Assembly (NCBI GenBank): GCA_031551405.1
Contig: JAVBNQ010000003.1
Span: 62,001-126,000 of the forward strand
DNA from: a bacterium
Lineage (GTDB): Bacteria > RUG730
DNA length: 64,000 nt
Reading direction: 5' to 3'
Program-made: the position numbers and the translations under genes
Notes under the pieces: generated by a model
Databases searched by the model: none
The model's input: the letters and a program-made list of their open reading frames with translations, nothing else
Told to the model about the DNA's origin: nothing
Shown here: in pieces, positions 29,201 through 40,004 of the stretch
Position numbering within the stretch: position 1 is the first letter of the stretch
Layout of the letters: every line of letters starts with the position of its first letter

Positions 29201-31563
29201 TTTTTGTTATTTAAGACGAAATCGTTTATTTCTCCGGAAATGTTCAATTGATCTAGTTTCTTTCCTCTGAAATTCGGTAAAGCTTGTAAAATGCCTTTTT
29301 GGGAGTTGTTGTTCAAAATTTTCAAATAATAAAGATTTTTTTCTGAGTTAAGATCGAATAAAAAGTTTACTTGGTTATCTTGCATCTGTTTAGAAAATTT
29401 TAGAGTAGATTTTATATCGATATCCTTTTCTTTTTTCAGTTCAAGTTCTCCGGATAAGAACATGTTATGGAAAAAACTGTATTTTTCTGTTTTTTTGTTT
29501 TCGTATTTTAGAAATATTGAGAGATAATCATAGAGGTCGAAATTCGTAAATTTAGTGTATAAATAAAAATATTTTGAGACGAAATCATATGAAAATTGCG
29601 CAGTTGCATTGTCATCTAAAAATAATTCGTTCGCGACTAAAACTTTGTTTTTTAGACAAATATTTGTGTTTAGAAAATAATTATTTTTATCGTAAATTTT
29701 TAATTTTGACACAAATTCTAAATTATTAAAAGTTCCGTTGAATTTACAATCAAAATCAGTCAGAACATTTTTTTTGCCTATATAATAATCAAAAAAATCC
29801 AAGCTTACTTTTTTGAAGTTTATAGCAAAATCCAAATTTTCATCTGCATTCAATGGAATTTTTCCGTCTATCAAAATTTTGTTTTTTTGATTTAAAGTAA
29901 ACTCGTCAAAAATTAATTTATTGTCGATTATTGTACCAGCAGAGTGGAGAATGTTTGAATTGGTTTTTGAATCAGAAAGATTTAGTTTGAAATTTTCGTT
30001 TGTTTTTGAACAATTCAAGGCTAACTCATAGAAATCCTCGCTATTTTTGAGATCAATTTCGCTTTGTAAAATAATTTGAGTTTTTTCGGATTTCTGAAGA
30101 TTTTTTAGTATCGAAAAATCGAAATTTTTTAGTTGTAAATCATTGATAAAATTGAATTTTTTAGGAATTAAAAAACTGCAATTTAATGCTTCAGAATTTA
30201 GCAAAAGATTCATGTTTTTTTTAGACAATACAAACTCAGCGTATATTTGTCCAATATTTTTTAGGTTTATTTCGATAGGATCTATTTTTATTGCATCGTT
30301 GATAATTTTAATTGAAAAAGGAGCTATTTTGACTTGGTAGTCCGAGGCAATTTTTGCGTCTAAAAACCCGGGGTTCACTGAGCCACTATATTTCCCCTCC
30401 TTGAGTTTTAAGTTGAAATTGAGCGAAATAGGAAGAAAAGAGATTTGTATATTTTGTAATTTTTGTTTGAGATTTTCGTTTAAAAAATCAAAATTTATCT
30501 TGTCGATATCGTCAATAAATCCAGAAATTTCGGTAGGTCTTGCAAAAATTTTATTTGAATTTAAAGAAAATTGCAGTTTTGCGTTATTTAGCATCGCAAA
30601 AGCTGAGTCTATCGAGTAGGCATTCCCGTGAAATTTTATGTTTGCGTCTAGATTTTGTAAATAAATCTTTTCTAAAAAGTGTGGTTTATTTTTGTGGTTT
30701 TCGGGTTTTTCCGTAAAATTTAAATCAATTTTTTCGATTAGAATATTTCCGTTTACATTTATTTTTTCAAATTTTTTTTCGAATAAAATATCATAAAGAT
30801 TACATGCGATTTTTAAGTTTGAAAAAAATTTTCCGCTTGAAGAAAAAGTAATTGGAAAAATTGCATGGTTTTTTAAGATTTCATCAAAAATATTTAGCTT
30901 TTTCAGATCGAAAAATTTTTGTGATACTGTTTTTATTTCCAAATTTTTAGTTGCGAGGTCAAACAATACGGAAATTTTTGCAATTTTATTAGTTAAACCT
31001 AGACGTACAGTTTTGTTTTGTTTCTTGATTTTTAAAGTGGATTTTTTAAGGTTGAGCGAGGAATTCAAAGCGGATTTTTCATCATGAAAATTTATATTTA
31101 TATTTTTGAATTCTAACGAGGGCAAATAATCGATTTTCGCAATGTTTTCAAAAAGTGAGTCGAGTTCTTGTCTTGATAAAGATAAATCTGTAGTTGTTTG
31201 AGATTTTTCGATATTTAATTTTATATTTTCAAAACGTAAATTTAATATGGATTTTACGTCTAGATTTTTGGTTTTGAGTATTCTAAAAATATCGAGTTTT
31301 ATGCAGAGCTTGCCGACGTGTTCTAAATTTAAATTTGAAATAGAACTAGTTTTTTCTACAAATTTAACGTTATAAAAAATGATTCTGTTCGGTAATTTCA
31401 CAACTATTTTATCGAAATCCAAATATTTGAAATTTTTGGCGAGCGAAGAATTAATTTTAATCTTTACATTTGGCACTAGTTTTGGAATAGATATTCCGAC
31501 ACTTATGAGCACAAAACCAAATGAGATAATAATTGCTAAAATTATTTTTATTAAATTTTTCAT
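26263..31563 (-). CDS. TamB/AsmA-like large periplasmic beta-taco protein
   Basis: 1766 aa; single N-terminal TM anchor, repeated amphipathic beta-strand pattern, C-terminal TamB-like region (VNGEINFLRGDLNFLGNYF, LTVGKYLLSNLFLSY, IEAKYQI). Confidence 0.75.
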   Translation of the reverse strand: MKNLIKIILAIIISFGFVLISVGISIPKLVPNVKIKINSSLAKNFKYLDFDKIVVKLPNRIIFYNVKFVEKTSSISNLNLEHVGKLCIKLDIFRILKTKNLDVKSILNLRFENIKLNIEKSQTTTDLSLSRQELDSLFENIAKIDYLPSLEFKNININFHDEKSALNSSLNLKKSTLKIKKQNKTVRLGLTNKIAKISVLFDLATKNLEIKTVSQKFFDLKKLNIFDEILKNHAIFPITFSSSGKFFSNLKIACNLYDILFEKKFEKINVNGNILIEKIDLNFTEKPENHKNKPHFLEKIYLQNLDANIKFHGNAYSIDSAFAMLNNAKLQFSLNSNKIFARPTEISGFIDDIDKINFDFLNENLKQKLQNIQISFLPISLNFNLKLKEGKYSGSVNPGFLDAKIASDYQVKIAPFSIKIINDAIKIDPIEINLKNIGQIYAEFVLSKKNMNLLLNSEALNCSFLIPKKFNFINDLQLKNFDFSILKNLQKSEKTQIILQSEIDLKNSEDFYELALNCSKTNENFKLNLSDSKTNSNILHSAGTIIDNKLIFDEFTLNQKNKILIDGKIPLNADENLDFAINFKKVSLDFFDYYIGKKNVLTDFDCKFNGTFNNLEFVSKLKIYDKNNYFLNTNICLKNKVLVANELFLDDNATAQFSYDFVSKYFYLYTKFTNFDLYDYLSIFLKYENKKTEKYSFFHNMFLSGELELKKEKDIDIKSTLKFSKQMQDNQVNFLFDLNSEKNLYYLKILNNNSQKGILQALPNFRGKKLDQLNISGEINDFVLNNKKFSLNLQNELFYDEQNAKYQGKLDIKNFHFNESKTSNLKTNYEYDYETKTFHLTKIIIDNNVFGNLKVEKNNKIAGELHFIYYNCENLLSILLKKNKFFATNFWLNGKLNFRGTTKSPIIDSKNFEFSFSKNSKKYLFKNNIFYDGKNLQIQNGNLFINEKSNLKYNLNSNKNNFKFGLDFKNFDSTEINNLCNEKIFLGLLTGKLSVENIEKSFNATSNLDWKNGSFAGFDIDKSSFDISFHPKSKKVAIKNAAFENKQTKFLVKENSYFDFSGAPQFDLKIYMNKWDLFGLAKGIGDITVDGKFSNELLSGDLTLSNFWINKYNFRDKKLKYNFKDGSIIIPKISQNKNLDGKITLKNSEVILSELEYKDLKSSLFVNGKIDSNDNLNILIRGKAFDLARVSKLLDIGLYVEGPSDFSVKVHGSSKSPEIDINIDGKNGKFEVLNFDTVKTQIYINKNSINIKNLELKSKSKYNISADGIIPFALVETEKKYVDKQKMSVKIKSSDANLRILEDLIGDTISSAKGKVSLDLELYNKINDIYQKGSLKIDDASFHMNDIFRNIKNFNSEIIFEANRFIIKNTEAKIGKSSLRIFGSGILKNFELENFDVSLETKGEKGIALEVRSLKIPQSAILKIIPASNSRADIKGVANIKGRPEKYKILANLTLEDAAFTYPPKENSDDTPDFLKNAEFDVKLQAGKNTWFENEFVNMCIEGIFTFKGPTKNLIVNGEINFLRGDLNFLGNYFRVKEGNFSVINNEPYVALIAESNIQREDPTFNRKVDDTIVLSVSRSKLSDLKLKFESTNFPNTSSQEAMGLAMSGGTFDKNSSSEDKELYVKREFFRLIDNTLTTPLVKVLVESTRLIDFVRVSTKVTEKSFNTQENKNASLFSGSSLTVGKYLLSNLFLSYAFGVDTHKDTENKDTFGVQHEIEAKYQIKKNLHLKGLVNIDQNTNREDKQIMLEYNFPLITSQEKKATAK

Positions 31564-31856
31564 AGCTAGATATTTTACAAAAAACCTATTTCAAAATCTA
31601 TTGATTTTTTAACTTTGAAGATTGCGTTGACAAAAATTTATGAAATATAAAATTAATTAGAAGAAGATGAGTTAAATTTGTTAATAAAAAAATTTAAAAT
31701 CGAGAAGAGGGAGTTTGGCTTACAAAAAGTATTGAGCTTCCTATAAATTTTTAAGGATTTTTACTTTAAAATATGACAAAAAAAGCTGATAGAAGCTTGG
31801 CTCAGGATTTTATTTTTACGCTAAACCAGTTTTGTTTTTTGAGTAAACATTCCAAA

Positions 31857-31885
31857 TTGACTTTAATCAAGAAATATGCTAATTT
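31857..31885 (+). promoter_or_regulatory. Putative sigma70 promoter of aspS-PGM-eno
   Basis: TTGACT-17nt-TAATTT with extended -10 TG, ~30 nt upstream of the AGGAG-preceded ATG. Confidence 0.5.
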
Positions 31886-31915
31886 TGACAATTCATTTTT
31901 TTAGGAGATAAATTT

Positions 31916-33694
31916 ATGTTTAGGACGCACTATTGCGGAGATTTAAGAGAAGAGCATATTGGACAAAATATAACGATTTCCGGTTGGGTAAATACACGGC
32001 GCGATCACGGTGGAGTTGTGTTCTTTGATTTGCGTGATATACGAGGCAGAGTTCAAGTTGTTTTTCGTCCAGAAGATTTTTCTGAAAACCAAAATATTTT
32101 TGAAATAATCAAGCAAAATGTGAAACCTGAGTCAGTATTGAAAATAGATGGAATTGTATCAAAAAGAATTTCCGGAACTGAAAACTCGAACATGCTGACT
32201 GGAAAAATTGAAATAATCTTGAAAAATATCGAGGTTTTGAATACGTCTAAGCCTCCAATTTTTGATATTGAAAAATCTCGAGATGTGGCAGAAGACGTGA
32301 GATTGAAATATAGATATTTGGACTTACGAAATCCTGAACTTCAGGACATTTTTGTTAAGAGAAGCTCTTTTATTCAGGCAGTTTCTGAATTTTTGAAGAA
32401 CGAAAATTTTGTGTACGTCGAGACTCCGATATTGACAAAATCAACGCCGGAAGGCGCTCGAGATTATTTGGTTCCGAGCAGAATCGAAAACGGTAGTTTT
32501 TTCGCATTACCTCAGTCACCGCAACTTTTTAAACAACTTTTGATGATTTCCGGATTTGATCGGTATTATCAAATCGCAAAATGTTTTAGAGACGAGGATC
32601 TGCGAGCTGACAGGCAGCCGGAATTTACGCAGCTCGATATGGAATTTTCATTTGTAACTGAAGATGAGATTTACGATATAATCGATAGACTTTTGAAACA
32701 TACTTTTAAAATCTTTGGAATCGACGTGAATCTGCCGATCGCAAAAATTTCCTACGACGAGGCAATGTCAAAATATGGAAGCGACGCCCCGGATATGAGA
32801 TATGAACTATTGATTAACGATATTTCGGATATTTTTGTCGGAACAGAGTTTCAAGTTTTCAAGCAAACGCTCGAGTCAAATGGAAAGATTTTAGCGCTAA
32901 AAGTCGATGGCGGAGCAAGCTTTTCGAGGAAAGATTTGGACGTGTTGACGGAAAAAGCAAAAGAATTTGGCGCAAAAGGACTTTTGTGGGGAAAATACAC
33001 GGAAAACGGCTTGGAATCTCCGATGACAAAATTTGTAAGCCAGCAAAATATCGACGAAATGATTAAAGTTTTGGAAGTCAAAAAAAATGACCTCGTCTTG
33101 ATAATTAGCGATCAGAAGGAAAAAGCACAGCAAATTCTTGGTGTTTTGAGGAAACTTTTGGCAGTTAAGCTCGATCTGATAAAACCAGGAGTTTACAAAT
33201 TCGTCTGGGTTTACGACTTCCCAATGCTCGAATACGACGAAGACGAAAAACGTTTTAATGCAAAACATCATCCGTTTACATCGCCAAGTCTCGAAAATTA
33301 TGGCGACTTGAAAAATATGACAAAAAATGAGATTTTGAACATAAAATCCAGGGCTTACGATATTGTCTTGAACGGAACTGAACTCGGAGGCGGAAGCATC
33401 CGAATTCACAAAAAAGACGTTCAGGAAAAAGTTTTCGAGCTTTTGAATATTTCACACGACGAAGCTACAGAAAAATTTGGATTTTTACTCGAAGCTTTGG
33501 AGTTTGGGGCGCCGCCACACGGAGGAATTGCTCTCGGAGTCGATAGACTGATTATGCTTGCGACCGGAACAGATTCAATCCGCGACGTGATAGCCTTCCC
33601 AAAAACGCAAAAAGCCGCTTGTCTTTTGACGAACGCTCCGTCTACTGTGAGCATAAAACAACTGAGGGAGCTCGGCATAAAAATTGTTGAATAG
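31916..33694 (+). CDS. aspS: Aspartate--tRNA ligase
   Basis: RTHYCG, RRDHGG, STPEGARDY, LPQSPQLFKQ, FRDEDLRADRQPEF, GAPPHGG. Confidence 0.97.
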   Translation: MFRTHYCGDLREEHIGQNITISGWVNTRRDHGGVVFFDLRDIRGRVQVVFRPEDFSENQNIFEIIKQNVKPESVLKIDGIVSKRISGTENSNMLTGKIEIILKNIEVLNTSKPPIFDIEKSRDVAEDVRLKYRYLDLRNPELQDIFVKRSSFIQAVSEFLKNENFVYVETPILTKSTPEGARDYLVPSRIENGSFFALPQSPQLFKQLLMISGFDRYYQIAKCFRDEDLRADRQPEFTQLDMEFSFVTEDEIYDIIDRLLKHTFKIFGIDVNLPIAKISYDEAMSKYGSDAPDMRYELLINDISDIFVGTEFQVFKQTLESNGKILALKVDGGASFSRKDLDVLTEKAKEFGAKGLLWGKYTENGLESPMTKFVSQQNIDEMIKVLEVKKNDLVLIISDQKEKAQQILGVLRKLLAVKLDLIKPGVYKFVWVYDFPMLEYDEDEKRFNAKHHPFTSPSLENYGDLKNMTKNEILNIKSRAYDIVLNGTELGGGSIRIHKKDVQEKVFELLNISHDEATEKFGFLLEALEFGAPPHGGIALGVDRLIMLATGTDSIRDVIAFPKTQKAACLLTNAPSTVSIKQLRELGIKIVE

Positions 33695-33706
33695 GAGCTG
33701 AAAAAA

Positions 33707-35125
33707 ATGATTAAATTTGGAACGTCTGGGTGGAGAGATATTATTGCTGATAATTTTACTTATCAAAATGTAAAAATCGTATCTCAGGCTATAGCGAATT
33801 ATTTAAAAACGCAAAATTTTGAAAACAAAAATGTAGTCGTCGGATATGACACGAGATTTATGTCTGAGGATTTTGCAAAAACGGTTTCATCGGTTTTGGC
33901 TGCAAACGGTTTTGTTGCGAATTTTAGCGATGAAGACGTGCCAACGCCTGTTATTTCGTTTGAAATTATTCGCTCAAAAGCTTGCGGCGGAATAAACATT
34001 ACTGCTTCTCACAATCCTTATAATTACAGCGGAGTGAAATTTTCGCCGAGTTGGGGCGGACCTGCTTTACCAGAAACGACGAAAGAAATAGAAAAAAATT
34101 GCCAGGTAATCGAAAAAGATTTGGCTCAAATAAAGTTTATGAATTTCGATGAAGCAGTCGTGAAAAATTTGATAAAAATCGTAAATTTTAAAGACGAATA
34201 TTTTAAACGAATTTACGAACTCATCGATATAAATGTTATAAAAAAATCAAACTTGACAATCGGCGTAGACGTGATGCATGGAGCCGGGCGAGGATATTTG
34301 GATAAAATTTTACTAGATAATGGCATAAAAACAAAAGCCTTGAACACAAATCGAGACCCTCTTTTCGGAGGGAAACATCCAGAGCCTGCTTGCGAAGAAT
34401 TGTCCGAGCTGATCAAAATGGTCAAAACAAAAGAATGCGATTTTGCTGTTGCGACTGACGGAGATGCAGATAGATTTGGTATTATAGACAAAGACGGAAG
34501 CTACATCAGTCCGAACGAACTGATCGCGACGCTTCTCTCTCATCTGGTGAAAAATCGAGATTATAAAGGCATTGCTGCCAGAAGCGTTATGACGAGCAGT
34601 TTTATTGACGCGGTTGCAAAACATTTTGGCGTTGAACTAAGAGAGACTCCAGTTGGATTTAAATTTATCGGCGAAATTCTTGTGAAAGAAGGGCTCGTTA
34701 TTGGCGGAGAAGAAAGCGGTGGACTCACGATTAAAGATCACGTCCCGGAAAAAGATGGAGTTTTAGCTTGCCTACTGGCTATTGAAATGGTTGCGACTTT
34801 TGGAAAAAGCATTCGAGATATTATAGGAGAACTTGAAAAAGAAGTCGGAAAATTTTTTAGCGATAGAATAAATTATCGTTTGTCGATTGAAAAAATGGAA
34901 AAAATAAAGACTTCGCTTGCGCAAAATCCGCCGCAAAATTTTGGTGAATTTAAGGTAAAAAATTTAATTACTCTAGACGGATTCAAATTTGTTTTTGAAG
35001 ACGGTTCTTGGCTTGGAATCAGGCTTTCAGGAACAGAACCTATCGTACGCTGCTACGTAGAGGCTAGATCAGAAGAAAATTTGAAAAAATTGATTGCTGA
35101 AGGCGATAAATTTATAAATAAATAA
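33707..35125 (+). CDS. Phosphoglucomutase/phosphomannomutase family
   Basis: FGTSGWR, TASHNP, DGDADR, GGEESGG, RLSGTEP. Confidence 0.93.
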   Translation: MIKFGTSGWRDIIADNFTYQNVKIVSQAIANYLKTQNFENKNVVVGYDTRFMSEDFAKTVSSVLAANGFVANFSDEDVPTPVISFEIIRSKACGGINITASHNPYNYSGVKFSPSWGGPALPETTKEIEKNCQVIEKDLAQIKFMNFDEAVVKNLIKIVNFKDEYFKRIYELIDINVIKKSNLTIGVDVMHGAGRGYLDKILLDNGIKTKALNTNRDPLFGGKHPEPACEELSELIKMVKTKECDFAVATDGDADRFGIIDKDGSYISPNELIATLLSHLVKNRDYKGIAARSVMTSSFIDAVAKHFGVELRETPVGFKFIGEILVKEGLVIGGEESGGLTIKDHVPEKDGVLACLLAIEMVATFGKSIRDIIGELEKEVGKFFSDRINYRLSIEKMEKIKTSLAQNPPQNFGEFKVKNLITLDGFKFVFEDGSWLGIRLSGTEPIVRCYVEARSEENLKKLIAEGDKFINK

Positions 35126-36433
<1,308 letters not shown>

Positions 36434-36461
36434 CCTTAAAATTATTCAAAATTTATGAGTT

Positions 36462-36505
36462 TGAGAAGGATGAGACGAAAAATTCTTGTCCTTCTCATTT
36501 ATTTT
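36462..36505 (+). terminator. Intrinsic terminator after eno
   Basis: TGAGAAGGATGAGA/TCTTGTCCTTCTCA 14-bp stem followed by TTTATTTT. Confidence 0.75.
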
Positions 36506-36532
36506 CTGGAAACTTGCAAAATTTTTTAAATT

Positions 36533-37537
36533 ATGGATGGAAAAATGTCAGCTTTAGAAACTATCAGACAAAATGCAAAAAAAAATCCTAAAAAAATTAT
36601 TTATCCGGAAGGCGAGGACATAAGAGTAATCGAAGCTGCTGTAGATTCTTTAAAATTTGGATTAATCACAAAAGCCGGACTTATTGGCGATGAGAAAGTA
36701 ATTGAAAATTTGGCAAAAAACAATAACTTTGATTTGACAAATGTTGAGATTTTTAACCCAAAATCTTCAAATAGAACCGAAGAATTTATGGAAATTTATT
36801 ACGAGCTTAGAAAGTTTAAAAATATATCGAGAGATGAAGCTAAAAAAACTGTGGAACAAAATTTGTATTTTTCAGGAATGTGCGTCAGAACTGGAATGTA
36901 TGATGGATTTATTGGCGGTTCGGTAAATACGACCGGAGATACTGTGAGAGCTGCTCTTTACACTCTTGGACTTAAAAAAGACATTAAGACTTTATCGAGT
37001 TTTTTTATAATCGAAGTGCCAAATTGCGAGTATGGCGACGATGGTTTATTTTTGTTCGCGGATTGCGGAGTTGTTCCTGATCCAACTCCGGTTAAGCTTT
37101 CGGAAATTACAAAAAACACAGTTGATGCATACAAATCTCTCTTTGGAAAAGATCCGATTTGCGCGCTTCTCTCTTACTCGACAAAAGGCAGCGCTGAGGG
37201 TGATTCTGTTAAAAAAATGCGGGAAACTTTAAAAATTGTGAAAGAAAAATACCCGGAAATAAAAATTGACGGAGAATTACAACTTGACGCAGCGATTGTT
37301 CCGAGTGTCGCGAAATCAAAAGCGCCGAACAGTGAAGTAAAAGGAAATGCGAATGTTTTAATTTTTCCGGATCTTGCGAGTGGAAATATTGCCTACAAAC
37401 TAGCGCAACGGTTAGCAAAAGCTGAGGCGATTGGTCCGCTTTTGGCAGGTCTCGCGTATCCGGCAAATGATCTTTCAAGAGGTTGCAGCTCTAGCGATAT
37501 TTTTAACGCTACGGCAGTCACAGTTTTACAAGCTTAA
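36533..37537 (+). CDS. pta: Phosphate acetyltransferase (short form)
   Basis: PEGEDIR, FADCGV, LSYSTKGS, DGELQLDAA, GNIAYK, NDLSRGC. Confidence 0.95.
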   Translation: MDGKMSALETIRQNAKKNPKKIIYPEGEDIRVIEAAVDSLKFGLITKAGLIGDEKVIENLAKNNNFDLTNVEIFNPKSSNRTEEFMEIYYELRKFKNISRDEAKKTVEQNLYFSGMCVRTGMYDGFIGGSVNTTGDTVRAALYTLGLKKDIKTLSSFFIIEVPNCEYGDDGLFLFADCGVVPDPTPVKLSEITKNTVDAYKSLFGKDPICALLSYSTKGSAEGDSVKKMRETLKIVKEKYPEIKIDGELQLDAAIVPSVAKSKAPNSEVKGNANVLIFPDLASGNIAYKLAQRLAKAEAIGPLLAGLAYPANDLSRGCSSSDIFNATAVTVLQA

Positions 37538-37648
37538 AATCAGAGTTAAAAGTTTAAGTAAAAATTTTCGGCAGCTAATATAAAAATTTCATCCTCGCTG
37601 AAAGCGATGAGATATTGCTAGTCCTGCAAGGACTTTGGAGTAAAAATA

Positions 37649-37918
37649 ATGTCAAAAAAATTTGGAAAAGACGAAGATTTACTGGAATTAGGTAAATTTT
37701 ATTTCATCAATAAAAAATTTAATGACGCGATCGAAATTTTAAAAAAAGCGTTTGATTTAAATTCTGCAGACGACGAAATTGCGTATAATTTAGGGCTTTG
37801 TTACGAAGCAATAAACGATACCGATAAAGCAAAATTTTATTACAAAAAAACTTTGTATTTAAATAAGGAACATAAATTAGCGAGCGAACATCTACATAAA
37901 ATCGTCGGAGAATATTAA
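37649..37918 (+). CDS. Small TPR protein
   Basis: Two TPR motifs (LGKFYFINKKFNDAIEILKKA; YNLGLCYEAINDTDKAKFYYKKT); GGAG SD. Confidence 0.8.
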   Translation: MSKKFGKDEDLLELGKFYFINKKFNDAIEILKKAFDLNSADDEIAYNLGLCYEAINDTDKAKFYYKKTLYLNKEHKLASEHLHKIVGEY

Positions 37919-37927
37919 ATTTCTCAA

Positions 37928-38677
37928 ATGTACAAAAAATCAGATTTTTTAATAATCGAAGGCGATAAAGATATTTTGGAACTTTTGGAGTCAAATCCGA
38001 AAATAATCGACAAAATTTTATGGCATAAAAAATCCGTAACTTCTGAAATATTCGAAAAAATTGGATTTTTTGCTCAAAAATTAAGTATCAAACTCGAAGA
38101 ATTAACGGCTCAAGATTTTAAAAATTTACGCAAAACGGTTCATTCAAAAGGCATTTTTGCAAAACTGAAATTTGAAAAATTTCATTCTGACTTAGAAACC
38201 ACTCTAAAAAAAAGTAAACTTGTTATTATTTTGGATAAGATCCAGGATCCAGGCAATTTTGGGACGATAATAAGGACGTCAAATCTCCTGAATGTTGATG
38301 CGATTATCACGACGAATGGCAGCATTCATCTCGCAAATCCTAAAACTCTGCGAGCAACAAAAGGTTATTTTTCAAATACTCCGATTTTTGAGAATGTCGA
38401 TATTACGAAATTGACAAATCTGCTCGAAAAATATAAATTTTACTGCAATATTTGCGACATAGACGGTGAAAGTATTTACGACGAGAAATTAAAGTTTGAA
38501 AAACCAACATGTTTGTTTTTTGGCAGCGAAGGACAAGGTTTTTGCGAATTTCTCGAAAACGGCGCGAAAAAAATTACGATCGATATGCCCAAAAAAGGCG
38601 AGTCGTTGAATTTAGCAATTTCTGTTGGAATAATGATTTATGAGGTAAATAAGCGATGGAAATTAAACAAAAATTAG
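37928..38677 (+). CDS. TrmH/SpoU-family RNA methyltransferase
   Basis: IIEG, IQDPGNFGTIIRT, FGSEGQG, ESLNLA; usual position upstream of pheS. Confidence 0.9.
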   Translation: MYKKSDFLIIEGDKDILELLESNPKIIDKILWHKKSVTSEIFEKIGFFAQKLSIKLEELTAQDFKNLRKTVHSKGIFAKLKFEKFHSDLETTLKKSKLVIILDKIQDPGNFGTIIRTSNLLNVDAIITTNGSIHLANPKTLRATKGYFSNTPIFENVDITKLTNLLEKYKFYCNICDIDGESIYDEKLKFEKPTCLFFGSEGQGFCEFLENGAKKITIDMPKKGESLNLAISVGIMIYEVNKRWKLNKN

Positions 38678-39675
38678 ATGAAATAAAACAGCAGTTTTAT
38701 GACAAAATTAAAGACGTAAAAATTCACGAAACTTTGGAAAATTTGCGAGTAGAATATTTTGGAAAAAAAAGCGTTTTGACTGAGCTTTTGAAAAATATAA
38801 AAAATATTTCTGACGCAGAAAAGCCTTTGATTGGAAAATTAGTAAACGAAATTAGAGCAGAATTGACGCTTGTTTTCGAGGATAAAAAACTAAAACTAGA
38901 AACTTCCGAACAAAATTCTGGAATTTTTGATTTTTCTATTCCGGGGAAAAATTTTGAAGCCGGGAATCTGCATCCAATTACGAAAGTTATGAATGAAATC
39001 ATCGAGATTTTTGAAAAACTCGGCTTTACAACGGTAAAAGGCCCGGATATTGAGTCTGATTATTATAATTTTGAAGCTTTGAATTTTCCGGAGAATCATC
39101 CGGCGAGAGACATGCAAGACACTTTTTTTATCAAAAATCAAGAGGAGCCTTTGCTGTTGAGGACGCATACTTCGCCGGTTCAAATTAGGTTTATGAAAAA
39201 ACATAGGCCACCTTTCCAGATAATTGCTCCGGGAAGCGTTTATCGTTGTGACAATGACGTGTCGCATTCACCGATGTTTCATCAAATCGAGGGACTTTGT
39301 GTTGGAGAGGATATTTCGTTCGCAAACCTAAAATGGATTTTGACTGAGTTTGTAAATATTATGTTTGGCAAGAACACAAAAATCAGGTTTAGACCGGGAT
39401 TTTTTCCATTCACAGAGCCGAGTGCTGAAATCGATATCAGCTGCGTGATTTGTGGCGGAGAGGGTTGTAGAGTTTGCAAAGGAATCGGCTGGCTCGAGAT
39501 TTTGGGGGCCGGAATGGTACATCCGAATGTTTTCAAAAATTGCGGTTATAACCCCGACGAGATTCAGGGGTTTGCGTTTGGAATGGGAATCGAGAGAATT
39601 GCAATGTTAAAATACGAAATTAATGACATCAGGCTTTTATTCGAGAATGATTTAAGATTTTTGCGGCAGTTTTAA
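38656..39675 (+). CDS. pheS: Phenylalanine--tRNA ligase alpha subunit
   Basis: HPARDMQDTF, LRTHTSPVQ, FHQIEG, FPFTEPS, GFAFGMGIER. Confidence 0.97.
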   Translation: MEIKQKLDEIKQQFYDKIKDVKIHETLENLRVEYFGKKSVLTELLKNIKNISDAEKPLIGKLVNEIRAELTLVFEDKKLKLETSEQNSGIFDFSIPGKNFEAGNLHPITKVMNEIIEIFEKLGFTTVKGPDIESDYYNFEALNFPENHPARDMQDTFFIKNQEEPLLLRTHTSPVQIRFMKKHRPPFQIIAPGSVYRCDNDVSHSPMFHQIEGLCVGEDISFANLKWILTEFVNIMFGKNTKIRFRPGFFPFTEPSAEIDISCVICGGEGCRVCKGIGWLEILGAGMVHPNVFKNCGYNPDEIQGFAFGMGIERIAMLKYEINDIRLLFENDLRFLRQF

Positions 39676-39713
39676 AATTTTTATTTTTCTAAAAAATTAT
39701 TTTTGGAGGGAAA

Positions 39714-40004
39714 ATGACACGAGAACAAATTTTAGCGATCATAAAAGAAGAATTGATTTTTAAACGTTTAAAGCTCGAAAAAATCGGGATTGCTTTAGAG
39801 GATATAAAAGACGACACAAAATTATTCGGAAGCGAAAGTTTGGACTTGAGCTCAGTCGATATTTTGGAGCTTGCAATCGGAATTCAGCAAAAATTTAACA
39901 TTAAACTTGGAAAAATCTCGGAAGCTGAAGCCAAAATTAAATTTTCTACTCCAAATTCTCTCGCAGATTATATATTGGAATTACAGCAAAAAAATTCAAA
40001 ATAA
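39714..40004 (+). CDS. Acyl carrier protein (atypical; aryl-polyene / type II PKS-like)
   Basis: 96 aa; DDTKLFGSESLDLSSVDILELAIGIQQKFNIKL...LADYI; GGAGG SD. Confidence 0.85.
   Translation: MTREQILAIIKEELIFKRLKLEKIGIALEDIKDDTKLFGSESLDLSSVDILELAIGIQQKFNIKLGKISEAEAKIKFSTPNSLADYILELQQKNSK

Noticed and set aside
31564-31915. T-box leaders upstream of aspS (also checked trpS, tyrS, pheS, ilvB)
   Set aside because: No GGTGGNACC T-box or terminator/antiterminator arrangement found
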